A DNA stretch of 64,000 nucleotides from Bacillota bacterium (GTDB lineage Bacteria; Bacillota; Bacilli; Paenibacillales; NBRC-103111). Each line of letters begins with the position of its first letter. Position 1 is the first letter of the stretch. The notes under the pieces are model-generated. The model made no database searches and was not told the DNA's origin. It saw only the letters and a program-made list of their open reading frames with translations. Shown here in pieces: positions 26,808 to 35,419 of the stretch. The position numbers and the translations under genes are program-made. The DNA lies in NCBI GenBank assembly GCA_023393235.1, contig JAEWMH010000080.1, positions 5,157-69,156 of the forward strand. Direction: 5' to 3'.

Positions 26808-27374
26808 TTATATCCGCAGCGAGCCACGGAAGCCTCTGGCCCCATAGTAGGAGTCAGCCCCGTTATGGTAGAAGAAGACTTGTCCGTACCGGTAATCGCC
26901 GAAAAGTGCTCCGCCCAGCTTCCTCATCTCGGGAGGGGTCTTGACCCAGCTGGAGGTTTTGGCATCGAACTTGCCCAGCTTCTGCAGCTCACGGAACTGG
27001 TCTTCCGTCAGGATCTCGATCCCCATATCTGCAGCCATTCCCATTGCACTATTTTCCGGTTTGTTTTGCTTCCGGGCGTTCAGGGCTTCGTGGTCATAAC
27101 ACACACTTCTCCGTCCAGTGGGGCTCTCCGGCGAACAGTCCATGAAGATCAACTCATCTGCAGCCTCATCGTACCCAACCACATCCGGTTCGCCGCCGGT
27201 CCTCTCCATTTCATGGAGTGACCAGAGCTTGCCGTCAGCCGCTTCCAGCTTACGCTGTACATCGGCCCATTCCAGCCCTTCGTGACGGTTCAGGTTTTTC
27301 TCAAACCGGACTTTAAGGATACCTAACAGCTCTTCCTGCTGCTCAGCGGATAACGCCTTCTTTTCATTCGTCAC
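26808..27374 (-). CDS. DUF4256-family protein (assignment from memory)
   Basis: 188 aa with GTG start behind GGAGGGA. LWSLHEMERTGGEPDVVGYD-type core. Confidence 0.6.
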   Translation of the reverse strand: MTNEKKALSAEQQEELLGILKVRFEKNLNRHEGLEWADVQRKLEAADGKLWSLHEMERTGGEPDVVGYDEAADELIFMDCSPESPTGRRSVCYDHEALNARKQNKPENSAMGMAADMGIEILTEDQFRELQKLGKFDAKTSSWVKTPPEMRKLGGALFGDYRYGQVFFYHNGADSYYGARGFRGSLRI

Positions 27375-27459
27375 GATAATCCCTCCGTTTGTAAGCTTCT
27401 TATATGTTCTGCATCACAGCCGAAACCATACGGTTTTACACAAAAATTCCAGCCCTGCC

Positions 27460-27906
27460 TCACCATCCTCTGCCAGACTGGGGAGGATTGCCTCTCCTTT
27501 TTATACCCATAAGAAGAAGAATCATATAAATGATAATGGCCATAGAATCCAATAACGTACCGCCCAGCGCCGAAGCATCTAGAATGATGGTTACACCGAG
27601 AATAACCAGCAGCCGGACAAGCAGAATCGAAGCGATAACCCATGCGGCAAAACGGACCTTGGAAGGCTCACGCACCATGGACATCATCAGGAAGGCGATG
27701 CCAAAAATCAGATTTTCTGCGGTAATAATATGCCATACATACGTAAACACGATTCGGGTCTGGAGGGATACTGCATCCATATCCAATTTGGGCAGCTCCA
27801 CAGACTGTCCGTTCCAGGCATGGGTCACTGCGAACAGAATGGCAAGAATACCAGCGATACAATAGTACGGATTTCTAATCCTGATGGCCATCACTTCCCT
27901 CCTCAC
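27460..27906 (-). CDS. four-TM membrane protein co-transcribed with the MerR regulator
   Basis: 148-aa ORF. Start 27906 or 27891 (MAIRIRN) overlaps the MerR stop. Confidence 0.65.
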   Translation of the reverse strand: MRREVMAIRIRNPYYCIAGILAILFAVTHAWNGQSVELPKLDMDAVSLQTRIVFTYVWHIITAENLIFGIAFLMMSMVREPSKVRFAAWVIASILLVRLLVILGVTIILDASALGGTLLDSMAIIIYMILLLMGIKRRGNPPQSGRGW

Positions 27907-28348
27907 ACATGACCGGTTCTAACCCCCGGATACGCTGGTAAAGGCCACGTACAGTCTCTGCCAGCCGGCGGTCGCTATCCGGATTCAGGTCCCTTAACGT
28001 TTCGGCTGTAGTTTGGAGTAACTCGCGGATGTTCTCTAAATGCTCGATCTTCTTCCTTATCTCCGCATGTTTGGCGTCCAGGAAGGAAGCAAGCTCCTCG
28101 CAATCAGCAGGTTCGATGTGCTCCATTCTGTTAAGATGAAACTTACTTTTGATTTCCTCCAGGGTAAAATCCGCGTATTGCAAAATTTGAATGTTCATCA
28201 AATCCATTAGATCATGCTTGGAATAGCGACGGTAACGGTTTTCCTCACGCAAAGGGGATACCATTCCCTTCCGGTCGTAATACCGGAGTGTATCTGTGGG
28301 AATCTGGAGCATCCGGGAAACTTCTTGAATCGAATAGTGTTTATCCAT
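27875..28348 (-). CDS. MerR-family transcriptional regulator
   Basis: YSIQEVSRMLQIPTDTLRYYDRKGMV followed by a coiled-coil region. Confidence 0.9.
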   Translation of the reverse strand: MDKHYSIQEVSRMLQIPTDTLRYYDRKGMVSPLREENRYRRYSKHDLMDLMNIQILQYADFTLEEIKSKFHLNRMEHIEPADCEELASFLDAKHAEIRKKIEHLENIRELLQTTAETLRDLNPDSDRRLAETVRGLYQRIRGLEPVMCEEGSDGHQD

Positions 28349-28354
28349 ACATCC

Positions 28355-28385
28355 AGAATAACATTGGAGCGCAGTTCAATGTCAA
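28355..28385 (-). promoter_or_regulatory. MerR-type promoter: TTGACA, 19-nt spacer containing a dyad, TATTCT
   Basis: Minus strand reads cTTGACAttgaactgcgctccaatgtTATTCT. The dyad is ACATTG-N10-CAATGT. The -10 ends 6 nt before the merR ATG. Confidence 0.6.
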
Positions 28386-28490
28386 GAAGGGTTTGTAAAA
28401 GTTTTCCTTCGCCTCCGGAAAGGCAGTTATCCGTCCTGAATTTTGATGCTACAATAGTGAGGAAAGCAATGGAAGGAAAGGAGAATCCCC

Positions 28491-29009
28491 ATGATTCCGC
28501 AAACCCTTGAAGAATTGGACCGTATCCGGGAACAATGCAAATCCATGGTCAACAAACGGGCGACTACCTCCGCCGCTACAGCAGTGGTTCCCCTTCCCGG
28601 TGTAGATATAGGCGCAGATCTTGCGATCATAATGGAGCTGCTGCCGGCAATCAACCGCAAGTTCGGCCTGTCCCCGGAGCAAATCGATCAACTGGACGGA
28701 GATATGAAGGGCCGGATTCTGGTCGTAATTTCATCCGTCGGCAGCAAGCTGGTGGGCAAGGTCATCACCAAGGAAATCCTCACCCTCCTGCTCAAAAAAG
28801 TAGGCATGCGGGTAACCGTCAAGCAAGTCGCCAAGTTCGTCCCGTTTGTCGGACAAGCTGTCTCTGCTGGGATCAGCTTCGGAGCCATGAAATACCTGGG
28901 AAACTCCCATATCGACGAATGTTATGACGTGTGCAGGCAGTTTATTGAGATGGAACAAAACCGCATGGAAACCATGGAATCCGGGGATGAGCCCAAGGTC
29001 CTCCCTTAG
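28491..29009 (+). CDS. DUF697-like protein (assignment from memory)
   Basis: ATTSAATAVVPLPGVDIGADLAIIMELLPAINRKFGL resembles the DUF697 core. RBS is AAGGAGAA. Confidence 0.55.
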   Translation: MIPQTLEELDRIREQCKSMVNKRATTSAATAVVPLPGVDIGADLAIIMELLPAINRKFGLSPEQIDQLDGDMKGRILVVISSVGSKLVGKVITKEILTLLLKKVGMRVTVKQVAKFVPFVGQAVSAGISFGAMKYLGNSHIDECYDVCRQFIEMEQNRMETMESGDEPKVLP

Positions 29010-29035
29010 AGGATAGTGTTAGAGGAGGATATCCA

Positions 29036-29137
29036 ATGAAACGTGCTTTTTTGATTCTATGGATGCTTTTGCCGCTAAGCGCATGCGAGGCAGAACCCGC
29101 AGGAGTTGTCTGCCTGGGATTATTATGCGGTATATAA
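29036..29137 (+). CDS. 33-aa putative lipoprotein/secreted Cys-rich peptide
   Basis: AGAGGAGGA then ATG. MKRAFLILWMLLPLSAC (lipobox LSAC) followed by EAEPAGVVCLGLLCGI. Confidence 0.4.
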   Translation: MKRAFLILWMLLPLSACEAEPAGVVCLGLLCGI

Positions 29138-29783
29138 ACTCTGTGCAATAGCTATGACGGACTATTTATAAGGAGGCCTGGAATGGATATGGATCTGGCC
29201 GCGTATTTCGAGTTTGTTAGAGGGCTTCTTCTATCTTAAATTGAATGCCCATGTGAAAAATGGTACAGGGAGCTTTGCTGAGCCCATAGAATTTTCCGGT
29301 AAAATTTGTAACAAAAGGTTATTCATTACGCGCGGCATGAATCAGAAAATCAACAATCCTGATATTTGGAACAATCCGGAATGGGTCAAGTCGCTGGGGG
29401 AGAGAGCGGAATAAAATAATCTGTTAGATAACAATCCAGTTCTGGGGTATTTTTTAAAAGTTTAATCCAATGGAAACACATCCCGCTTTGATACGTGATA
29501 TCCATATATGGGTAGGCGTGTTGAGGCTTTTTTTCATAGGAATAGAGCGCGCGAAGTGGCGCAGTTTAATGCGCGAGCTAAAGATTGTCGCAGGGATAAA
29601 TGCATGAGGGCAGAATCCAGACAGGCAGTGGGGTATGTGGGTCAGCAACAATTGCTAGTGAAAAAAATAGATTAAAGAAAACTTATACCGCATCCTCCAC
29701 CAATAAACTACTTTAATTGGAATTTTCAAGTAGAATATAGTAACATTTAGAATGTTGGTAAATAAAATCTAGGAGGAATGGAA

Positions 29784-30239
29784 ATGATTAAAGGTACTGC
29801 CAAAAAAATTATGGCTACTGGTATCATTTTAGGTTCATTAGTTTTTACTTCCCAAGCAGCTTTCGCAGCAACAATCGTTGATACTGGCAATAACGATGAC
29901 TATTATTCCGCACAACAAATGCAATATGGTGATATAGCAATGGGGAAGATAAATAGTGCGACTGATAAAGACTGGTATTATATTCAGACCGGGCCAAACG
30001 ATGGTGGTCGGACAATGACAGTCCATTTAACAAACCCCAGTAACTACCATTACATATTCGTTGTAAACAAAAATGATGCTGAGCCCGTTATTGTAACAGA
30101 CCTAAATCCCGGTAACAATAACGAATGGGTATCGTTTACTGTTCAAGCTAATACAAGATACAATTTTGGTGTTTTAAAATCATCTTTTTCCGGATTTGAC
30201 CCCAATGCGCTTTACTTCTTAAGCCCAACAATTTTTTAG
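29784..30239 (+). CDS. small secreted protein with a pre-peptidase C-terminal (PPC)-like motif
   Basis: Signal peptide ...SQAAFA|AT. GNNDDYYSAQQMQYGDIAMGKINSATDKDWYYIQ resembles the PPC signature (N..A..I..G.I....D.DWY.F). AGGAGGA RBS. AT-rich. Confidence 0.6.
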   Translation: MIKGTAKKIMATGIILGSLVFTSQAAFAATIVDTGNNDDYYSAQQMQYGDIAMGKINSATDKDWYYIQTGPNDGGRTMTVHLTNPSNYHYIFVVNKNDAEPVIVTDLNPGNNNEWVSFTVQANTRYNFGVLKSSFSGFDPNALYFLSPTIF

Positions 30240-30248
30240 TAGAAATTA

Positions 30249-30278
30249 AAACCGCTCAAAACAATGAGCGGTTTTTTT
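30249..30278 (+). terminator. intrinsic terminator
   Basis: ACCGCTCA-aaacaa-TGAGCGGT followed by T7. Confidence 0.88.
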
Positions 30279-30336
30279 ATTATGTTCTATGTAAATGTCG
30301 GAACATGGAATGACGGAATTTTGGTATTAGATTGAT

Positions 30337-30364
30337 GAAATAAGGCGGCTCAAATTCGTTAGAA
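30337..30364. repeat. solo unit of the intergenic repeat family
   Basis: gaaataaggcggctcaaattcgttagaa is one reverse-orientation unit. Confidence 0.5.
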
Positions 30365-30464
30365 AACCTCCGCCGCTCCGCTCACCACCCGCCATTGCCC
30401 GCTTCGCGCCTTCCCCTCCCTAAAAAAGGGCGCTGATCCTATCGGTCAACGCCCTGATTCGTTT

Positions 30465-33400
30465 TCAATCCAGCTTCAGCCATTCGAAAAAATCATCATT
30501 TTCCATCTTAAAAAATGCTTTCGTAAACCGGACGAATTCCCGAGTGTCCAGTTGGTGGTTACGGTAGGTTGTCCAGTAAGCATGGAGAAAGTCAAACCCC
30601 TTCTCCCGGCCGTCATCAAACGTATCCAGCAATTCCTTAAACCGTATGGTCGGTTGAGCGTATAGACTACTAAGGATGCCACTGTCTTGATATTCCGGCA
30701 AAGGTAAGTTGGATGCCTTGAAATTGGGTCTGTAATGCTGCTCGGCATACGAAAAATCATTCAAAAAAAGAGATGTGGCAAGCTCGGTCATCCCCTCATC
30801 CAGCCACCCCTCATGGTACGGATCGCTGCTAACCACGCCGTAGAACCACTGATGCGCAAGCTCATGAACGATGGCATGCCGGGACATCTCCACCTCTCCC
30901 GATATGCCTACCGTTACCACCCCCGGATATTCCATGGACCCGGTTTCATTCAGAATCAGATCCACCTGCTTGTGCGGATAGGGACCGATACGGGTGTTGA
31001 AAACTTCCATTGCATCAGCGGCCAGTTCCAGGGCTTCCTTCATCCGGTTCTGATCGGCCTTCCTCCCCCATACCCGGATTTCCATATCATTCTGTTGCTT
31101 GGATATCGCTGTCATATCATCTGTAACAGCAATGAGCAATTCTTTGATGTGCTCCCCGCGAAGCTTTCCCTTCCCGGCCGTTTTACCAGGATCCTGACCG
31201 GATGATGTGATCAGCTCCATCCCTTCCGGAAGGTCGTAATGCAAGGTAAAATCACTGAAATCCGTATGATACGATTCGCTGATTCGATTGTAAGGCTCCT
31301 TGTTCCAGCCCTGATGATAGGTAGCCAGCATCGGGTACCACTGGGCCAAAACAGAAGTGCCGCCTACCTGAGTGAATCGAATCCCGTCTTCGGGAACCTT
31401 GAAGCGGTATCTCAGCTCGATCACAGCTTGGCCGTTGGGAGCAAGCTTTTGCGGAAGGGGCAGAGTCAACGTATCCCCTTCCAATTGGAAGTTGGACGGT
31501 TTTCCATTCAAACGAAGCTCTTCTATGCTGAACTCGGCGGACTTCCGATAGGTTTGCTTGTTTTGAGGTTCGATAAATACGTTAGGGATCATATAAAACA
31601 CCATTTTATCCCATTTATCCGTGGATGCGTTGGTAGCTGTAACGGTGGCTGAAGCTGTAAATACACCCTTCTCAACCATCTGCAACGATAAATCATAAAC
31701 CGCGTGGCTGCCCTGAGATACGAATTGGGGAATAAAGCCGGTTATATCCCCAATCTCGCCCGCTGAATACATGGGACTTCCTGCGGGTGCTGGTGCCAGG
31801 GATTGCTTCGTTACCACAGAAGGCTGACGGATGGAGACCATATGAAACACCGAAAAAGCAGCCAGCAATACTGCCATCCCAGCTATGGCAATCAACGCCC
31901 CTTTCATTCGTCTTTCGGTTTTTTGATGGGTCGAATAGTTTCCGGCCAAGCCCTTTTTGACGGATAAACGAACAGCTTTTTCCGCAGGCAGCCATGCTCC
32001 GATTGTCCCGGTCAGTACCGGTACAGCCGCTAATGGTCCGAGATACCATAGATCCTGGACAGGAAATTCCCGGTAAAATGCTGTGAGGATAAGAAATCCT
32101 GCAATCCCTGCCACAACACCTGCACAACATCCGGTAAGGAAGCCTTCCGCCAGCACAAGTCTGCGGATTGGGTTGCTGCGCCAGCCCAAAGCCTGGAGCA
32201 ACGCGATTTCCTGCTTCCGCTCCGACACGTTCTGCCAGATAATTTCTGCTGTGGTGAACAAGGCAATCAACAGGCAGATGCCGATGGCCCAATAATGCGA
32301 AGAACCGATGGCTCCCACGGCGTATTGTCCGAACCAGCTGGAATAGAAGACTCCTTTTAGCCGTACCGTCACGAATAGAAAGAACATCAGCAGAGTGGTC
32401 GGCATGGTGATGGACAGAACAGCAAGGGTGTTTCGCTTGAGCTTTCCGGCAAAATGGCTCAAGGCCACGTGGAACACACCGCGCACCTTGGTAAGCCTTC
32501 TGGCCCTGGTGGATATTTCGCCGGAACGGATGGCTTCCATCGGGGTAATTCGCCGGACCAATAGCAGCACCGGCATCCCGCCCAACCCATAAATAGCGAA
32601 GCCTGCCAGCCCCGTCACCGCAAACCGGGTCAGGGAGAGCTCCGATTGGCCAAGAAAGACGAATGCCCCCAGCAATGACCAAATCAGGAATGCTACAAAC
32701 CCGCCGATAATGATGTTTTCCAACATAATCAAGCGGATGATATGAGCCGGTCGCCACCCGGTGGAAAGCATCAGTGCGAAATTCTGTTTCCGGACTAGGA
32801 AGGACACCAGGTTGGTTGCTGCGACGTAAAGGACTGCCATCAAATTAACCAGCAGTAACATGCCTGAGAACCCAATTTGCATTTCCTTCACGATAACGAA
32901 TTTCGTCCCAAGCTTAATCCATTGCTGCTCCAGCCAGCCCAGGGCGGGCGTTGATCCGCTAGCCGGTACATGAATCAGGACCGGCTGAGGCGATGAGCCG
33001 AAGACGATGTCGGCTTCAAGGCCCGTTTGCTCCCGAATCTCAGAAGCAATCTGCTCCAGCTTCTTCTGACTATCCTCAGACACTTCCGATAAACCTGCCG
33101 CCTTGATCCGGATGACAGAAATCGGCTTGTCGGTGAGGATATTGGCCGCCGCCTCTATCGTCGTCAACATGGTGGGCGGGCTGGTCAGAAGCCCAAGGGG
33201 ATTATTAACCGGCTTAAGGGTAGCCGGAGGATTCAGCGGACGCATAGCACCATCAAAAAGCAACTTAGCCGACGGGGGGCGGTACGTATCCATGGGCAGC
33301 TCTGCGAGTGGATCCATGGCCATCTGCAGCTTCAACGGGTCGTAAAATCCAATGAAGATAGGCTTAACGAAATAACCGTTCATCCAAGAGCCTGGCGAGA

Positions 33401-34517
33401 CTTTGCGCTCATATTCTTCGTATGGACGAAAAACATCCGATGTGAACCACTGATAGATTTCGGGAGTTGAAAAGCGTTGCGCTTGATAAGAGTATGGCCA
33501 CCGATCCGGATAGGCATTTGCAATGGGATCCAATACAAGCGGTGTCGCTTTTTGCAAGACATGCCAAGTTCCAAACGCAATACTGCGATCCCTCGTAAAC
33601 TTCTCTTGTACTTGCTCCGTGCGGAAGGTATAGGTTTTCTCTGCGACGGGCCGAAGCTTATCCAGATAGGCCCTGCCACCGTTTGCTTTCACGGATTCCA
33701 TGGAACGGCTTGCTTGTTCTTTGTCGGAGAAGGGGAGATCCAATCTTTCAAATTGAAATTGATAGGTTTTATCCGTAAAATTTTGTGTGCTCATCAGAAC
33801 AGGCAGTTCAACGAATTCGGGGTCAGTCTCATGCTTAACGATCCGGCTAGCATCTGATTCCTTGTAGTACCGAGAGCCTGAATCATTCTGCACGCTATGG
33901 TCCAGCCCAACTAATCTCGCCTCTTCCGTTGGATCGATACCCGCCATTAAGAAAAGATCATTCATTATCAAATCTTCATCATTGGAATATGTTGAAATAC
34001 CATAAGAGACCGCATCCCTTGAAATATTTCCCACATACCAGGGACCACGTACAAAATAACTGCTATAAGAAAATGCATTTTGATCCTGTATCCCGTTATA
34101 AGCCGTGGCCGTCATCGTCTTCCGATAAACTCCCGGCTCGTCAATAGTTGCTTTTTCTGGAAATACAATATTTAGATTCACATACCCCAGCAACGAAAGC
34201 GGCGCGGCGATATCAACTCCCGGAATATCCTTGATTCGCTCCCACTGCTCCAAGGTTATACCACCGGAAATGCCGCTTTGGATGTTGGGCTCGATCAGCT
34301 TATTCTGAGGGTCCGTGAGCTGGGAGCCGGGAGGACGCACCAAAATGTCGTAGGAAACTTTCCACTTCTGCTGGACCGTATTCATGATCGTCCCTTTATT
34401 CGACTCCGACAGGTGGTATAGCAGGACAAGCCCTGAGCTGATAATGCTGATTCCAAGGAGTAAAATCAGAAAACGTTCCTTGTCCCGCCACCACTCCCGC
34501 CAAAGATAGGTTAGCAT
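30465..34517 (-). CDS. fusion protein: double-module FtsX (MacB-type) ABC permease + extra TM helix + C-terminal M1-family zinc metallopeptidase domain
   Basis: 1350 aa. TM clusters flank LSTGWRPAHIIRL and LQALGWRSNPIRRL (FtsX-like). C-terminal part has GSMEYPG then HELAH-X18-E (HELAHQWFYGVVSSDPYHEGWLDEG; HELAH codons at 30852..30866). Confidence 0.85.
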   Translation of the reverse strand: MLTYLWREWWRDKERFLILLLGISIISSGLVLLYHLSESNKGTIMNTVQQKWKVSYDILVRPPGSQLTDPQNKLIEPNIQSGISGGITLEQWERIKDIPGVDIAAPLSLLGYVNLNIVFPEKATIDEPGVYRKTMTATAYNGIQDQNAFSYSSYFVRGPWYVGNISRDAVSYGISTYSNDEDLIMNDLFLMAGIDPTEEARLVGLDHSVQNDSGSRYYKESDASRIVKHETDPEFVELPVLMSTQNFTDKTYQFQFERLDLPFSDKEQASRSMESVKANGGRAYLDKLRPVAEKTYTFRTEQVQEKFTRDRSIAFGTWHVLQKATPLVLDPIANAYPDRWPYSYQAQRFSTPEIYQWFTSDVFRPYEEYERKVSPGSWMNGYFVKPIFIGFYDPLKLQMAMDPLAELPMDTYRPPSAKLLFDGAMRPLNPPATLKPVNNPLGLLTSPPTMLTTIEAAANILTDKPISVIRIKAAGLSEVSEDSQKKLEQIASEIREQTGLEADIVFGSSPQPVLIHVPASGSTPALGWLEQQWIKLGTKFVIVKEMQIGFSGMLLLVNLMAVLYVAATNLVSFLVRKQNFALMLSTGWRPAHIIRLIMLENIIIGGFVAFLIWSLLGAFVFLGQSELSLTRFAVTGLAGFAIYGLGGMPVLLLVRRITPMEAIRSGEISTRARRLTKVRGVFHVALSHFAGKLKRNTLAVLSITMPTTLLMFFLFVTVRLKGVFYSSWFGQYAVGAIGSSHYWAIGICLLIALFTTAEIIWQNVSERKQEIALLQALGWRSNPIRRLVLAEGFLTGCCAGVVAGIAGFLILTAFYREFPVQDLWYLGPLAAVPVLTGTIGAWLPAEKAVRLSVKKGLAGNYSTHQKTERRMKGALIAIAGMAVLLAAFSVFHMVSIRQPSVVTKQSLAPAPAGSPMYSAGEIGDITGFIPQFVSQGSHAVYDLSLQMVEKGVFTASATVTATNASTDKWDKMVFYMIPNVFIEPQNKQTYRKSAEFSIEELRLNGKPSNFQLEGDTLTLPLPQKLAPNGQAVIELRYRFKVPEDGIRFTQVGGTSVLAQWYPMLATYHQGWNKEPYNRISESYHTDFSDFTLHYDLPEGMELITSSGQDPGKTAGKGKLRGEHIKELLIAVTDDMTAISKQQNDMEIRVWGRKADQNRMKEALELAADAMEVFNTRIGPYPHKQVDLILNETGSMEYPGVVTVGISGEVEMSRHAIVHELAHQWFYGVVSSDPYHEGWLDEGMTELATSLFLNDFSYAEQHYRPNFKASNLPLPEYQDSGILSSLYAQPTIRFKELLDTFDDGREKGFDFLHAYWTTYRNHQLDTREFVRFTKAFFKMENDDFFEWLKLD

Positions 34518-35218
34518 TGGACTACACCCACAGTTGCGTTGTCCCTGATCATCGCCCCGTCTTTGAGTTCTATGATCCGGTCTCCCCGGGAGGCCAATTG
34601 AAGATCATGCGTTACCATCAGGACACCACATCCATTTTCGCGCTGCACCCGTTGCATCAGGAAAAAAATCGCTTCGCCGTTCTTGGAGTCCAGGTTCCCT
34701 GTAGGCTCGTCCGCTAAAAGCCAAGCCGGTTTATTGACCAACGCACGTGCAATCGCTACCCGCTGCTGCTCTCCCCCGGACAATTGGGAAGGAAGCAGCT
34801 TGCTTTTGTCTGCAAGGCCAACCTGGTCCAGCAGCTCGAGCGCCCTATTGGTTTTATGATACGGAACCTTGCGCGGAAACAGCGGCGCCATCACATTCTC
34901 CATCGCCGTCAAGGTCGGGAGCAGCTGAAAGCTTTGAAAAACAAAACCGATGTTGGCAAAGCGGAAGTCAGCCAGCTTTTTTCGTTTGAGCTGCGCAGGT
35001 TCAACATAGTCATAGATAATCCGTCCAGCTGACGGACAGTCCAGGGTTCCGATTAAACTAAGCAGCGTGGATTTACCGGAACCGGATGCTCCAACTATAA
35101 TGGTGAGCTGGCCCTTATGGAAGGTCGCACTTACGGGGCTCAATAGGGTAGTGTTCAAACCGTCGCCGACGATGGATTTTTCCACTCCCAGCAGTTGAAT
35201 CGTGTTCATGGTCAGCAT
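34511..35218 (-). CDS. MacB/LolD-type ABC transporter ATP-binding protein
   Basis: [29 protein letters not shown]. Its stop overlaps the fusion-gene ATG by 7 nt (ATGCTAA). Confidence 0.92.
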   Translation of the reverse strand: MLTMNTIQLLGVEKSIVGDGLNTTLLSPVSATFHKGQLTIIVGASGSGKSTLLSLIGTLDCPSAGRIIYDYVEPAQLKRKKLADFRFANIGFVFQSFQLLPTLTAMENVMAPLFPRKVPYHKTNRALELLDQVGLADKSKLLPSQLSGGEQQRVAIARALVNKPAWLLADEPTGNLDSKNGEAIFFLMQRVQRENGCGVLMVTHDLQLASRGDRIIELKDGAMIRDNATVGVVQC

Positions 35219-35332
35219 CCTTTCGCCAGAATTGTAAACATTATACTACTTTTTCCATGTCTTTATAGTACATATCATACGGCTACGTTTCAATTGTTTT
35301 TTTACAATTTATTCCCAAATAAACATTGATAC

Positions 35333-35371
35333 AAAAAAAAGGATGAGTTCTAGATAACTCAGAACTCATCC
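35333..35371 (-). terminator. intrinsic terminator of the membrane-protein gene
   Basis: GGATGAGTTCT ... AGAACTCATCC followed by T8 on the minus strand. Confidence 0.85.
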
Positions 35372-35419
35372 TTTATGTATTGATTGCACACTCTTGTGGA
35401 AACTTGTATACTGCCTTAC

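Noticed and set aside
31693-32757. 354-aa minus-strand ORF inside the FtsX-M1 gene (alternative frame).
   Set aside because: It is a same-strand out-of-frame overlap with a motif-bearing 1350-aa ORF. Its Arg/Gly/Pro-rich composition is typical of off-frame translation.
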